Assembly (NCBI GenBank): GCA_018662075.1
Contig: JABJGX010000011.1
Location: 1-43,407 of the forward strand
DNA from: Candidatus Peregrinibacteria bacterium
Lineage (GTDB): Bacteria; Patescibacteriota; Gracilibacteria; Peribacterales; Peribacteraceae
Direction of reading: 5' to 3'
DNA: 43,407 nt
The position numbers and the translations under genes are program-made. Under the pieces are notes generated by a model that was not told where the DNA came from, did no database searches, and saw nothing but the letters and a program-made list of their open reading frames with translations. Of this stretch, positions 1-8,349 are shown piece after piece (position 1 is the first letter of the stretch; each line of letters begins with the position of its first letter).

Positions 1-96
1 ATCAATAACCTCTTTCGCTGCCTGCATAGGTGCACGACGCAACGATTCGAGAGTACTGTCTGCAAGCCGAGCGTTTTTATTTGGTAGAGGTGCCAT
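1..96 (-). CDS. Hypothetical protein, N-terminal 32 aa only (runs off window edge)
   Basis: ATG at 96-94, open to position 1 (MAPLPNKNARLADSTLESLRRAPMQAAKEVID); co-oriented with the two upstream minus-strand genes. Confidence 0.5.
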   Translation of the reverse strand, partial: MAPLPNKNARLADSTLESLRRAPMQAAKEVID

Positions 97-123
97 AAAT
101 GAAATGTGTGTATGTATATATTT

Positions 124-369
124 TTATCTCTTTGCTTTTCCCGTGATAGCGCCAATAGCGTATCGAATAGGTGCTGCGATCGTATGATGTGTAATCTTCC
201 CAAGAGGTCGTGCTGCCTTAGCAGCTTCCTCAGAAAGATCTGCCGTTCCATGAAGGACAAAATCGAACGCTCGTGCAAAGCGAGAACGCTCTGCCTCTAC
301 AGAGTTTTGCTGAGGATTCGAGAACCCTTCAGTAGTAATCGGCCGTTCAGAATGGTTTGGATTTGCCAT
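124..369 (-). CDS. Small hypothetical protein (81 aa)
   Basis: ATG start 2 nt after the stop of the 363-aa gene; no recognisable motif. Confidence 0.6.
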   Translation of the reverse strand: MANPNHSERPITTEGFSNPQQNSVEAERSRFARAFDFVLHGTADLSEEAAKAARPLGKITHHTIAAPIRYAIGAITGKAKR

Positions 370-371
370 AT

Positions 372-1463
372 CTATACAGTTTCAAAAGTAAGATCGACGT
401 CTTCTCCTGCTGCATTCTGCAATGTAATTTTTGCAGTAGCAGGAACAACTTGACGCCTCACGATGTCGAGTACAGTTTCTGATGGAACTTTTCCTTTTAG
501 CTGTCCTCCAGAGTAGTTCACGACAATATCCATTTCTTTGGTATCTCGAATAACAGATTGTTTGATTCTAAGGTCCAAAAGACCTTCTGCCTTCAGCTTG
601 TACGACTTTGACGTACCATCCTCGAAAGAAGATGTGAATCCTGCAGGTGACTTCTTTGCACTAAGAACATTTCCATCAATCTTTACGGGAGCACTTTCAT
701 TAAGAAGATCTCCATGTGTAAGGAAAGTTTCAGGTGTAGCTTCAGCCTTCTCTGCAGGCTTCTTAGCTTCTACATCAGAGAAGTCTGCACCATTAGCGAC
801 AGCTGTAAGCAATGCGAAGTCTACAGTTGCACTTCCTTCTATACCCTGATCCTTCAACGCCTTACGTGCATTTTCAGATACACGCAAGAAGAACGTTTCC
901 AATGGAACTTTAGAGAACTTTTGCTTATGAACAGCCATCAAGCTCTTCATATTAGACTTACCTTTCTCGGTAACACCTTCAAAACCATGAACCTTCATAG
1001 CCTCTGCGAGCTGAGCTCTATCTGCACCAATAAATGCAGAAATAGTATCGAGCATCTTTGTATTCTTAAAGATTCCCAATTCCTTTATCTGTGAAATAAG
1101 TGAACCTGCCATAAATGCGAGCTTGTTTCTAAATTCACCCAATTTCTTCACCATTCCCTTCAGGTCGAGCTTACTAAAGAATCGTGCAGCAATAGTTTCA
1201 TTTTTCACATCAGTCACCTCTCCAGGCACTACCTCGTTTGGCGGTACTTCATTTCTAGGACTGCCTGCACCATCAATTTGTTTCTCCAGGTTTTCCGCCT
1301 TCAAGTCATCTAAATCAGCTGATGTCTCAGTTGTACTATCTGTACGCTCTTTTTTCTCTTCCATTGATTCAGTATTTTCAGGAGCATTATTAGTAGGCTC
1401 CTCAGCAGGTTCTATCTTATCATTTAAGCGCTCAGGATTTTGTGGTGGTAGCCTTTCTGTCAT
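372..1463 (-). CDS. Hypothetical protein with acidic, disordered N-terminus (363 aa)
   Basis: Long ORF; E/P/N/T-rich first ~80 aa, helical middle, beta-rich C-terminus. Confidence 0.8.
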   Translation of the reverse strand: MTERLPPQNPERLNDKIEPAEEPTNNAPENTESMEEKKERTDSTTETSADLDDLKAENLEKQIDGAGSPRNEVPPNEVVPGEVTDVKNETIAARFFSKLDLKGMVKKLGEFRNKLAFMAGSLISQIKELGIFKNTKMLDTISAFIGADRAQLAEAMKVHGFEGVTEKGKSNMKSLMAVHKQKFSKVPLETFFLRVSENARKALKDQGIEGSATVDFALLTAVANGADFSDVEAKKPAEKAEATPETFLTHGDLLNESAPVKIDGNVLSAKKSPAGFTSSFEDGTSKSYKLKAEGLLDLRIKQSVIRDTKEMDIVVNYSGGQLKGKVPSETVLDIVRRQVVPATAKITLQNAAGEDVDLTFETV

Positions 1464-1584
1464 ATGTGTTTGAGTAAATATTTCTAACTATTATAGCACA
1501 AATAAGGCCTTTGGCACAATTGATGTCTACAGAGCTAAAACATGGTATCCTTTATATGAATTTAGCTCATTCCCCCCTTACTTT

Positions 1585-1905
1585 ATGAATATCCAGCACT
1601 TCGAAAAAGGATTTCACTACAGCGATAAGGAATTGATAAAAATCGCTAAGAAAATAGGAAAATTGGCTACGTACTGCAAAAAGATCAAAGATGACGGTTC
1701 GTTTATCCGCATAGATGCAGAGCACAGGGAAACCGAAAAGAAAGAGGATGCCATGAAAGTAGCGATGACGATAAAGCTTCCAAATAAGGTTCTGCGTGCA
1801 GAATCTCGTAAGACAGACTCTATGGAAGCTGTCGATCGTTGTGTTGCAAAGCTAAAATCACAAGTACTCAAGTATAAAGAGACTCATTCATCGCATAAAC
1901 GTTAG
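1585..1905 (+). CDS. hpf: Ribosome hibernation promoting factor (short HPF/RaiA family)
   Basis: KKIGKLA..., IKLPNKVLRAE...MEAVDRCVAKLKSQVLKYKE matches the S30EA/RaiA pattern; 106 aa. Confidence 0.85.
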   Translation: MNIQHFEKGFHYSDKELIKIAKKIGKLATYCKKIKDDGSFIRIDAEHRETEKKEDAMKVAMTIKLPNKVLRAESRKTDSMEAVDRCVAKLKSQVLKYKETHSSHKR

Positions 1906-1923
1906 ACTTCTTCTTCCCTTCTT

Positions 1924-3432
1924 ATGAAACGCTCCATCCCAGCAGCACTTCTCTTTCTTGCAATACCACTTACGGTATTCGCACAAGAGGTTCCAAGTAT
2001 CGAACTCGATACGCCAACCGTCATTATTACAGGACCTGAAGAGGTAGAAGTTGGTCGAACCATTGTTCTTGATGCATCTGCAAGCCGAGGTGTCGGTACA
2101 GACCCCGAGTACAAATGGTTTAAAGGAGAAAGCACATACCCAATTAGCAGATCTGTCGAAGCTGTATTCACTCCAGAGTCCACAGGACTCGTTGACCTCC
2201 GTGTTGAAATTACAACAAAAGTCGATGGAGTAACATCAATATTTGAAGCAGCAAGAACTATCACCGTGTACGAACGAAAAATTGTCCTTCTTGCAGACAG
2301 TTCTATTCCGAAGGAAAAGCTACAGCTCCATCTGCAGTCAGCTGCTGAAGCAGGTGTATTCCTTCGCGTTCTGCAGCCAAAAGAGTCCGCTATTCCACTT
2401 GGAACAGAAGAGTCTATGTTCACGATGATCAACGAAGAAAGTGCAACGCTGAATGGTGCAGAGGCAGTCGTTTTATGGACAGAGGGAATCAAAGGGCTAC
2501 AGGCACTCATGCGTGCAGTAGAGAACAATGGTGAAAAATTTGAGTCCATTCATAATCAAACAATAGTTCTTATCACAGACCGCAGCCTTTCAACACTGGC
2601 ACGTACTGCAGGAGGCCCTTTTACGGTCATTCGGCCCGACCAGATACTGGTAACACGTAAAGAGGCAATTAATCCCCTTATCTCTGCAGAGAGCATTGAA
2701 GCTTTCCAGGAGGCTCTACAGCAAAGAGATATCGACTCTATTATCGTCGATGAAAGCACAACGGGGATTCGCCCATGGAACCTCCTTTCATCTCTGGTAA
2801 ACTACATGCTGACACATGGGGTCTCTAGCCAAACGGTCATCCTGCTATTGATGCTACCGATTATTGCGACCATTCTTGCCTTCTTTAAACAGGTTATCGG
2901 AATTACAACATTTGGACTCTACACCCCGTCTATTGTTGCACTCAGCTTTTTGGCTCTAGGATGGCAAATTGGCCTCCTATTCCTTCTCTTCATCCTGATT
3001 ACAGGATATGCAACCCGTTCACTTATGCGTAAATGGAGACTGTTATACATTCCAAAAGTAGCCATTATCCTGACAGTCGTCAGCCTTACTGTACTCGTTC
3101 TTCTGGGCATTGGCGCATACGTAGGAATCACACTATCAGGTGATACCATCTTCGTACTTCTGATTATGTCCACATTGGCAGAAAGCTTCCTTACGGTGAA
3201 ATCTGAAGAAGGATGGAAAGCTGCATCATTTGGTATCGGAGAAACAGTACTCGCAGCACTTGTCTGTGTGTTCATTGTGCAGTGGTCATTCCTGCAGTCA
3301 CTTATACTTGCCTACCCAGAACTCATCTTACTCACCGTTGGTGTGAACGTCTTCCTTGGTAGATGGACAGGACTCAGGCTCGTTGAGTATTTCCGTTTTA
3401 GGGAAGTCTTTAAACACATTCAAGAAGAATAG
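1924..3432 (+). CDS. Membrane protein: signal peptide, PKD-like Ig domain, alpha/beta domain, C-terminal 7TM domain of the inactive-transglutaminase-associated family
   Basis: Signal peptide VFA-QE; PKD-like VGRTIVLDASAS..YKW; LLMLPIIATILAFFKQVIGITTFGLYTP and LGRWTGLRLVEYFRF typical of the 7TM_transglut family; 2 nt before the ATP-grasp gene. Confidence 0.85.
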   Translation: MKRSIPAALLFLAIPLTVFAQEVPSIELDTPTVIITGPEEVEVGRTIVLDASASRGVGTDPEYKWFKGESTYPISRSVEAVFTPESTGLVDLRVEITTKVDGVTSIFEAARTITVYERKIVLLADSSIPKEKLQLHLQSAAEAGVFLRVLQPKESAIPLGTEESMFTMINEESATLNGAEAVVLWTEGIKGLQALMRAVENNGEKFESIHNQTIVLITDRSLSTLARTAGGPFTVIRPDQILVTRKEAINPLISAESIEAFQEALQQRDIDSIIVDESTTGIRPWNLLSSLVNYMLTHGVSSQTVILLLMLPIIATILAFFKQVIGITTFGLYTPSIVALSFLALGWQIGLLFLLFILITGYATRSLMRKWRLLYIPKVAIILTVVSLTVLVLLGIGAYVGITLSGDTIFVLLIMSTLAESFLTVKSEEGWKAASFGIGETVLAALVCVFIVQWSFLQSLILAYPELILLTVGVNVFLGRWTGLRLVEYFRFREVFKHIQEE

Positions 3433-3434
3433 GC

Positions 3435-5810
3435 ATGTTTCCTTTTTTCTCCAATCACGGCGTTTTAGGGTTAAATGCTCGAAGTCTCTTGTACATCAAA
3501 CCCTTCAATCCTAAAAAAGCTACTGCCTTTGCAGACAGCAAGCTGAAGAGTAAAGCGTATCTTGCAGCCCGTGGCATACCTGTTGCAAAACTCTATGGAC
3601 GTATAGATACGCGCGATCAATTGTTGCAGTTCGACTTCTCGCACCTTCCAAACGAATGTGTACTAAAGCCTAATTATGGGTATGGAGGAGAAGGAATTAT
3701 TGTTCTTCGTGGAAGGGATAAACAAGGACGGTTTTTACGCAATGGAAAGGTAGCTATGACAGACCAGGAACTCCGTGAACATATAGAAGATATCTTGGAT
3801 GGTAAATTCTCACTAAAAGGACGATTAGACACTGCATTCTTCGAGCAGATCTTGCACAGTCATCCCTGCTTCGCAAAATTCCGACCAGCAGGACTTCCAG
3901 ACCTAAGAATCATTGTATTTAACCTAGTGCCGGTCATGGCAATGGCACGTATTCCAACGGCCAATAGCGACGGAAAGGCGAACATTCACCTTGGTGGACT
4001 CGGTATCGGAATAGACATTGCAAAGGGGACAACCACCTACGCAGCCCAATACCACGGCATGATAGAAGAGCTACCACACGGAGGCTCTCCTGCGGGTCAT
4101 CAAATCCCCTACTGGGATGAAATCCTCCTCATCTGTTCCCAGATTCAGCAAATTACAAATATTGGATACCTAGCGGTAGACATTGCCCTTGACGAACTTA
4201 TGGGGCCCGTACTCCTAGAGGTAAATGCAAGAGCAGGGCTCATGGTACAGGTCGCAAATCTAGCACCTCTAAGGGCACGACTAAAGCGTGTCACTGGCCT
4301 AAAGGTAGACTCTCCAGAAAAGGGAGTGCGCCTCGGGCAAGACCTCTTTGGAAGCAAAACGAAAAAGTCGAACAGCAGTGATCAAAACGGGAAGCCAACC
4401 CTAGGTGTGCAAGAAAATATCTCTATCACCCTTGGTGATGGATCGACCATAGAGCTCAACGCAAAAATCGCCAGCGACCAAGAGCGCACCGTGTTTAGCA
4501 AAAAACTCATCACTGAACTACAAGAGAAAAAAGGTGCAGAACCAGATAAAGATACCGAAGGATTATATCGTGTGAAGTTCACACTAGAAGGAAAGAAGAT
4601 CCAAACCCTTGTGCAGTCAGAAGACCTCGGAGGAACGGATAGAGCAATTATTGGGTCTCGTGACTTAAGTGGATTCCTTATCGACCCATCCAAGAAAGCG
4701 CTGCCTGTCTCTACGCAAAAAGCCGTGCAGAAAACAGACCTCCGTGCTGTAGACCGCCTCCTTGGTCAAATAGATAAAGATCTACTTCTTCTAAAACACA
4801 TCAAACCTATCAACCTCGATGAAGAAATGGACAGACTAAAAGAGGATGCACTCTACAACCCAACCTTCCTCTACTCCGAAATGGGTAGCAGCCTAGAAGA
4901 TGCGAAGAAGAGAATAAAAGACACCGTTAAGGATGACTCTTCACTGGGAGTACTTCTAGAGAAAAAACGAAAAGAGCTCGTCAATCGCATTACCTTACTC
5001 GAGGCACGAGGAAAGAATGCAGAGTTTACAAAAGCCTCTGAAAAGCTCTTTGGTCGTCCGACAAAAGCACTTATCACTAGCGCAGAAAAAGAGATTGCTG
5101 CGCAGATAGCATGCGATTTAAAGCCACAAGACAAAGACATGATTAATGCTGAAAATGCACAAAAGAAATTCAGAGAAGCTATAGAACAATACTCACTCCA
5201 CGAGTGGAGTGTAGATATAAGGACTAAACTTGTATCTCGTGTAACCGTTGGAGGTAATAAAGTATACATACGTGAAGATGCAATGTTTTCAGAACAAGAC
5301 ATTGCTGCACTTATCGCCCATGAAATAGAGACGCACGTATTAACATCTGAGAATGGTAGCCACCAACCATATGCGATTCTTCGTCGTGGGTGTGCTAATT
5401 ATTTAGATACACAAGAAGGGCTCGCTATTTACAACGAAAGAGGTGTGCTCAGCTCACATGCCGAAAAGAGGTACAACTCTGCGCGGAACATTATTGGACT
5501 CGAATACAGTTTGCATCACAGCCTTGCCCAAACACGAACATTTCTTCAAATAGAACTCGGCTATTCATCAGACAAAGCGCTGCAACAGTGTATTTCTATG
5601 AAACGTGGCCTGGGTGACACATCAGAACCTGGCGGATTTACCAAAAGCATGGCGTACTTCAGGGGCCTCAAAGCCATTGAAGCATTCGTGGAAAAAGGGG
5701 GAGACCTAAAGCGGTTATATATAGGAAAAATTTCTATCGAGGACCTGGAAATAATTGAAAAACTACCAGAGCTAACACCACCTCTTATTCTTCCAGACTT
5801 CCTTCGTTAG
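3435..5810 (+). CDS. Fusion: ATP-grasp (alpha-L-glutamate ligase-like/ATPgrasp_ST), degenerate RimB-like aspartic peptidase, DUF1704/MATCAP-family Zn carboxypeptidase
   Basis: GVLGLNAR, LKPNYGYGGEGI, GLPDLRII, AMARIPT..SDGKANIHLGG, LEVNARAGL (ATP-grasp); AKIASDQERT..IIGSRDLSGFLIDPS (RimB-like); HEIETH..TQEGLA..KRG..GGFTK..YFRG..LYIGKI (DUF1704). Confidence 0.88.
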   Translation: MFPFFSNHGVLGLNARSLLYIKPFNPKKATAFADSKLKSKAYLAARGIPVAKLYGRIDTRDQLLQFDFSHLPNECVLKPNYGYGGEGIIVLRGRDKQGRFLRNGKVAMTDQELREHIEDILDGKFSLKGRLDTAFFEQILHSHPCFAKFRPAGLPDLRIIVFNLVPVMAMARIPTANSDGKANIHLGGLGIGIDIAKGTTTYAAQYHGMIEELPHGGSPAGHQIPYWDEILLICSQIQQITNIGYLAVDIALDELMGPVLLEVNARAGLMVQVANLAPLRARLKRVTGLKVDSPEKGVRLGQDLFGSKTKKSNSSDQNGKPTLGVQENISITLGDGSTIELNAKIASDQERTVFSKKLITELQEKKGAEPDKDTEGLYRVKFTLEGKKIQTLVQSEDLGGTDRAIIGSRDLSGFLIDPSKKALPVSTQKAVQKTDLRAVDRLLGQIDKDLLLLKHIKPINLDEEMDRLKEDALYNPTFLYSEMGSSLEDAKKRIKDTVKDDSSLGVLLEKKRKELVNRITLLEARGKNAEFTKASEKLFGRPTKALITSAEKEIAAQIACDLKPQDKDMINAENAQKKFREAIEQYSLHEWSVDIRTKLVSRVTVGGNKVYIREDAMFSEQDIAALIAHEIETHVLTSENGSHQPYAILRRGCANYLDTQEGLAIYNERGVLSSHAEKRYNSARNIIGLEYSLHHSLAQTRTFLQIELGYSSDKALQQCISMKRGLGDTSEPGGFTKSMAYFRGLKAIEAFVEKGGDLKRLYIGKISIEDLEIIEKLPELTPPLILPDFLR

Positions 5811-5858
5811 TACCAACCTAACCCTACCCCCTACTCCCTAACCCTAATTCCTACTCCC
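5811..5858 (-). repeat. G-rich (TAGGG-like) tract with a canonical G-quadruplex pattern on the minus strand
   Basis: Minus strand reads GGGagtaggaattaGGGttaGGGagtaGGGGGtaGGGttaGG; lies between convergent stops. Confidence 0.6.
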
Positions 5859-6777
5859 AGCTAACGCGTTCTAGTGTTGGAAGTACCGTCATCCATACTT
5901 GCCCCTCGGCAAATGGAATGTCTTGCCCTGCTGCATCTGTAATGCGGAATGGCTCTTTAAAACTTGAACGACTCCAGCGCGCATCCCACATCTTTCCACT
6001 GTGAAACACCTGCGCCTTACCACCACCATTCAGCGTCATGAATAACCTACCGTAAGCGCCAATCTCATCTATTGGAACTTCCATAATAACCACCGTACTA
6101 GGCCTTGCTGCGCTAATTGTCTCACCATTTGTTCTCTCGTATTTCTGTGACAGAGGCTGGAAATCAAAAGATACATTGTGCAGTACATTGAAAAAATTCA
6201 CGCGTATAGACTCTGCAGTCTCCCCTGCCTCAGGCATTCCTTTTTTAAAAGGAGGCCACAACACCGGACGCAAAAGACTTTCTGGAACCTCTGCAAGGAA
6301 AGATTTAATCAAGTCCTTATTCAGAAACAAATCATGAGGAGCAGCTGGTCCAACTTTACGCAGGGAGCCATGCTCATCATCGAAGTAGAGTAAGTTACGT
6401 GCAAAGAAATTTTTCCCATTGGTCACTCTTTCTAGAGCTTCAGGACTTCCCCCAGCATGGAATACCGTTCGAGACCACGGAGCAATACTATCAAGGAAAT
6501 ACGGACGTAAAGAACGCACTGGTCCAATCTCTCTTGGAATAGCTCGTGCATCAAATGTTGCTACAAAGCGGGAGATAAACCCTTCAACCAAGAACTCCTG
6601 CACCATCACTGCATCCTCTATTCCTGCATGATAAGGCCTCGCATCCTCATGATTTTCAATAACAACCGAGAAGAATGTTTGCTCGGTATTAAAATACCCA
6701 TTCACATATGCAAAAAGAACCGCTGCGCTTAATACTGTAAGTACGATAATAACAAATGGCAGAAACCGAGAAATCAT
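5851..6777 (-). CDS. DUF3048 (YerB-like) membrane-anchored protein
   Basis: N-terminal TM; VVIENHEDARP..GI..A..VEGFISRF, IGPVRSLRPY, HAGGSP, APHDLF, GQVW motifs. Confidence 0.85.
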   Translation of the reverse strand: MISRFLPFVIIVLTVLSAAVLFAYVNGYFNTEQTFFSVVIENHEDARPYHAGIEDAVMVQEFLVEGFISRFVATFDARAIPREIGPVRSLRPYFLDSIAPWSRTVFHAGGSPEALERVTNGKNFFARNLLYFDDEHGSLRKVGPAAPHDLFLNKDLIKSFLAEVPESLLRPVLWPPFKKGMPEAGETAESIRVNFFNVLHNVSFDFQPLSQKYERTNGETISAARPSTVVIMEVPIDEIGAYGRLFMTLNGGGKAQVFHSGKMWDARWSRSSFKEPFRITDAAGQDIPFAEGQVWMTVLPTLERVSWE

Positions 6778-6788
6778 AGGAAGTGTGT

Positions 6789-7451
6789 TTATTCAGATTT
6801 TGCTTCTTCACCTTCTTTTTTGTCGCCTTCTTCACCTTCTTTCTTTTCTCCTTCTTCATCTTCAGTAGCAGCTGCTTCTTCCTGAACTTCTTCTACAGCA
6901 GCACGTGGCTCCTGAACAGTGGCGATCATCGTGTCGGGCTCGTCCATAATCTGTACACCATCCATAGGGAGAATGTCTGATGCATGAAGTGCATCTCCGA
7001 ACTCCTTAAGACTTGAAAGACTAATATGAAGTGCGTGTGGAAGGTTTGCTGGCAAGCAATGCACAGTAACGTGATCGTTTGTCGTGATAAGTACTCCGTT
7101 AAGAGTCTTTACCGCTTCAGACTCGTCGATGAATTCGAGTGGGATCTGTGCTTCGATCTCCTTCTTCATGTTCACAGCGTAGAAATCAACATGAATAATT
7201 CTGTCACTAACAGGATCAAATGAGAGATCATGGAAGAGAGAAGGAACCTTCTTACCGTCAATATCAAGGTCTACAATTGTACTTCCTCCAGCCTGAACGT
7301 ATGCCTTATAGATCTCGCTATAATCACACTGAATAGACGTATTCTCTGCCTCGTTGCCATAAACAACACCAGGAACGATGCTCTCCCTGCGAAGAACTTT
7401 TGCAGGTGTGTCTGCCAAGCGGGCCTTTGCTTTGAGTGAAATCATTTCCAT
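6789..7451 (-). CDS. rplY: 50S ribosomal protein L25/Ctc with Glu-rich C-terminal tail
   Basis: LRR..VPGVVYG, DPVSDRIIHVDFY, CLPANLP; long-form L25. Confidence 0.95.
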   Translation of the reverse strand: MEMISLKAKARLADTPAKVLRRESIVPGVVYGNEAENTSIQCDYSEIYKAYVQAGGSTIVDLDIDGKKVPSLFHDLSFDPVSDRIIHVDFYAVNMKKEIEAQIPLEFIDESEAVKTLNGVLITTNDHVTVHCLPANLPHALHISLSSLKEFGDALHASDILPMDGVQIMDEPDTMIATVQEPRAAVEEVQEEAAATEDEEGEKKEGEEGDKKEGEEAKSE

Positions 7452-7465
7452 AAGAAAGCCGTCAA

Positions 7466-7494
7466 AGGCTACGGGAGAGGCATTGCAGCGTCAA
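7466..7494 (-). promoter_or_regulatory. Sigma70-type promoter for rplY
   Basis: Minus strand TTGACG (7494-7489), 17 nt spacer, TAGCCT (7471-7466). Confidence 0.55.
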
Positions 7495-7509
7495 CAAAAA
7501 AACGGACAA

Positions 7510-8310
7510 CTACGAATGTTTCCCTTTCCACTTCCAAAAGTACTTAAATGCGCTAGAAACGTGAATTCTTCCAGTTTTTTTAAATAATAGGTCCCAAAAA
7601 CTCTCTCCACTAAGTCGATTTTTTCTATCTGAAGCACTTACAGAAGGGAGGTATATCACTTTTTTCCCAACTTCATGACACCGACGACAAAGATCTGTAT
7701 CTTCAAAGAAGAGGAAAAACCGCTCATCAAACCCGCCAAGCTTCTGAAAAAGATCCCGTCGCATCATGAAGCAACCACCAATAGCCCAGTCTACCTCCTG
7801 CTCTTCATCCAAATTCGTATCCTTCATCAAATACCCATCTAAATACGATGGGAACATGTTCCCAAAAAAGCTTCGTCGAGACACGATATCGGATATGTGT
7901 GGGTAGCGACGAATAGAAAGGCGCTGTGTACCATCATTATGAATAAGACGTGGGGCAACAATGCCAGCATCATCATTCTTCTGAAGGTACGCAACCATCT
8001 TCTCTATCCCCTGTGGCTCTAAGACCTTATCAGGGTTATTCACCACTACAAACTCCCCTACGGCATACGTTATGCCTGCGTTATACCCAGACCCAAACCC
8101 TTCATTGGAAGGAGTCTCTATAAACCGAACATTATGAAACTTCCGTAACTGCGTACGCAAAATTCCAATAGAGTCATCATCTGAATGATTATCAATAACT
8201 AAAATCTCTATTTGAGAGACCAGAGTTTGCTCCTGCAATGCCTTCACACAACGCACTGTGGCATTTGCGTTACGGAAGTTTAGAATAAGAACAGAAACGA
8301 GAGGTTGCAT
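7510..8310 (-). CDS. GT2 family glycosyltransferase (WbbL/rhamnosyltransferase-like)
   Basis: VIDNHSDD, NEGFGSGYN, NPD, GGFDERFFLFFEDTDLCRR. Confidence 0.9.
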   Translation of the reverse strand: MQPLVSVLILNFRNANATVRCVKALQEQTLVSQIEILVIDNHSDDDSIGILRTQLRKFHNVRFIETPSNEGFGSGYNAGITYAVGEFVVVNNPDKVLEPQGIEKMVAYLQKNDDAGIVAPRLIHNDGTQRLSIRRYPHISDIVSRRSFFGNMFPSYLDGYLMKDTNLDEEQEVDWAIGGCFMMRRDLFQKLGGFDERFFLFFEDTDLCRRCHEVGKKVIYLPSVSASDRKNRLSGESFWDLLFKKTGRIHVSSAFKYFWKWKGKHS

Positions 8311-8349
8311 ACTAGCTCAGAGTAACGCTCTGTGAGAAGATAGCAACCA

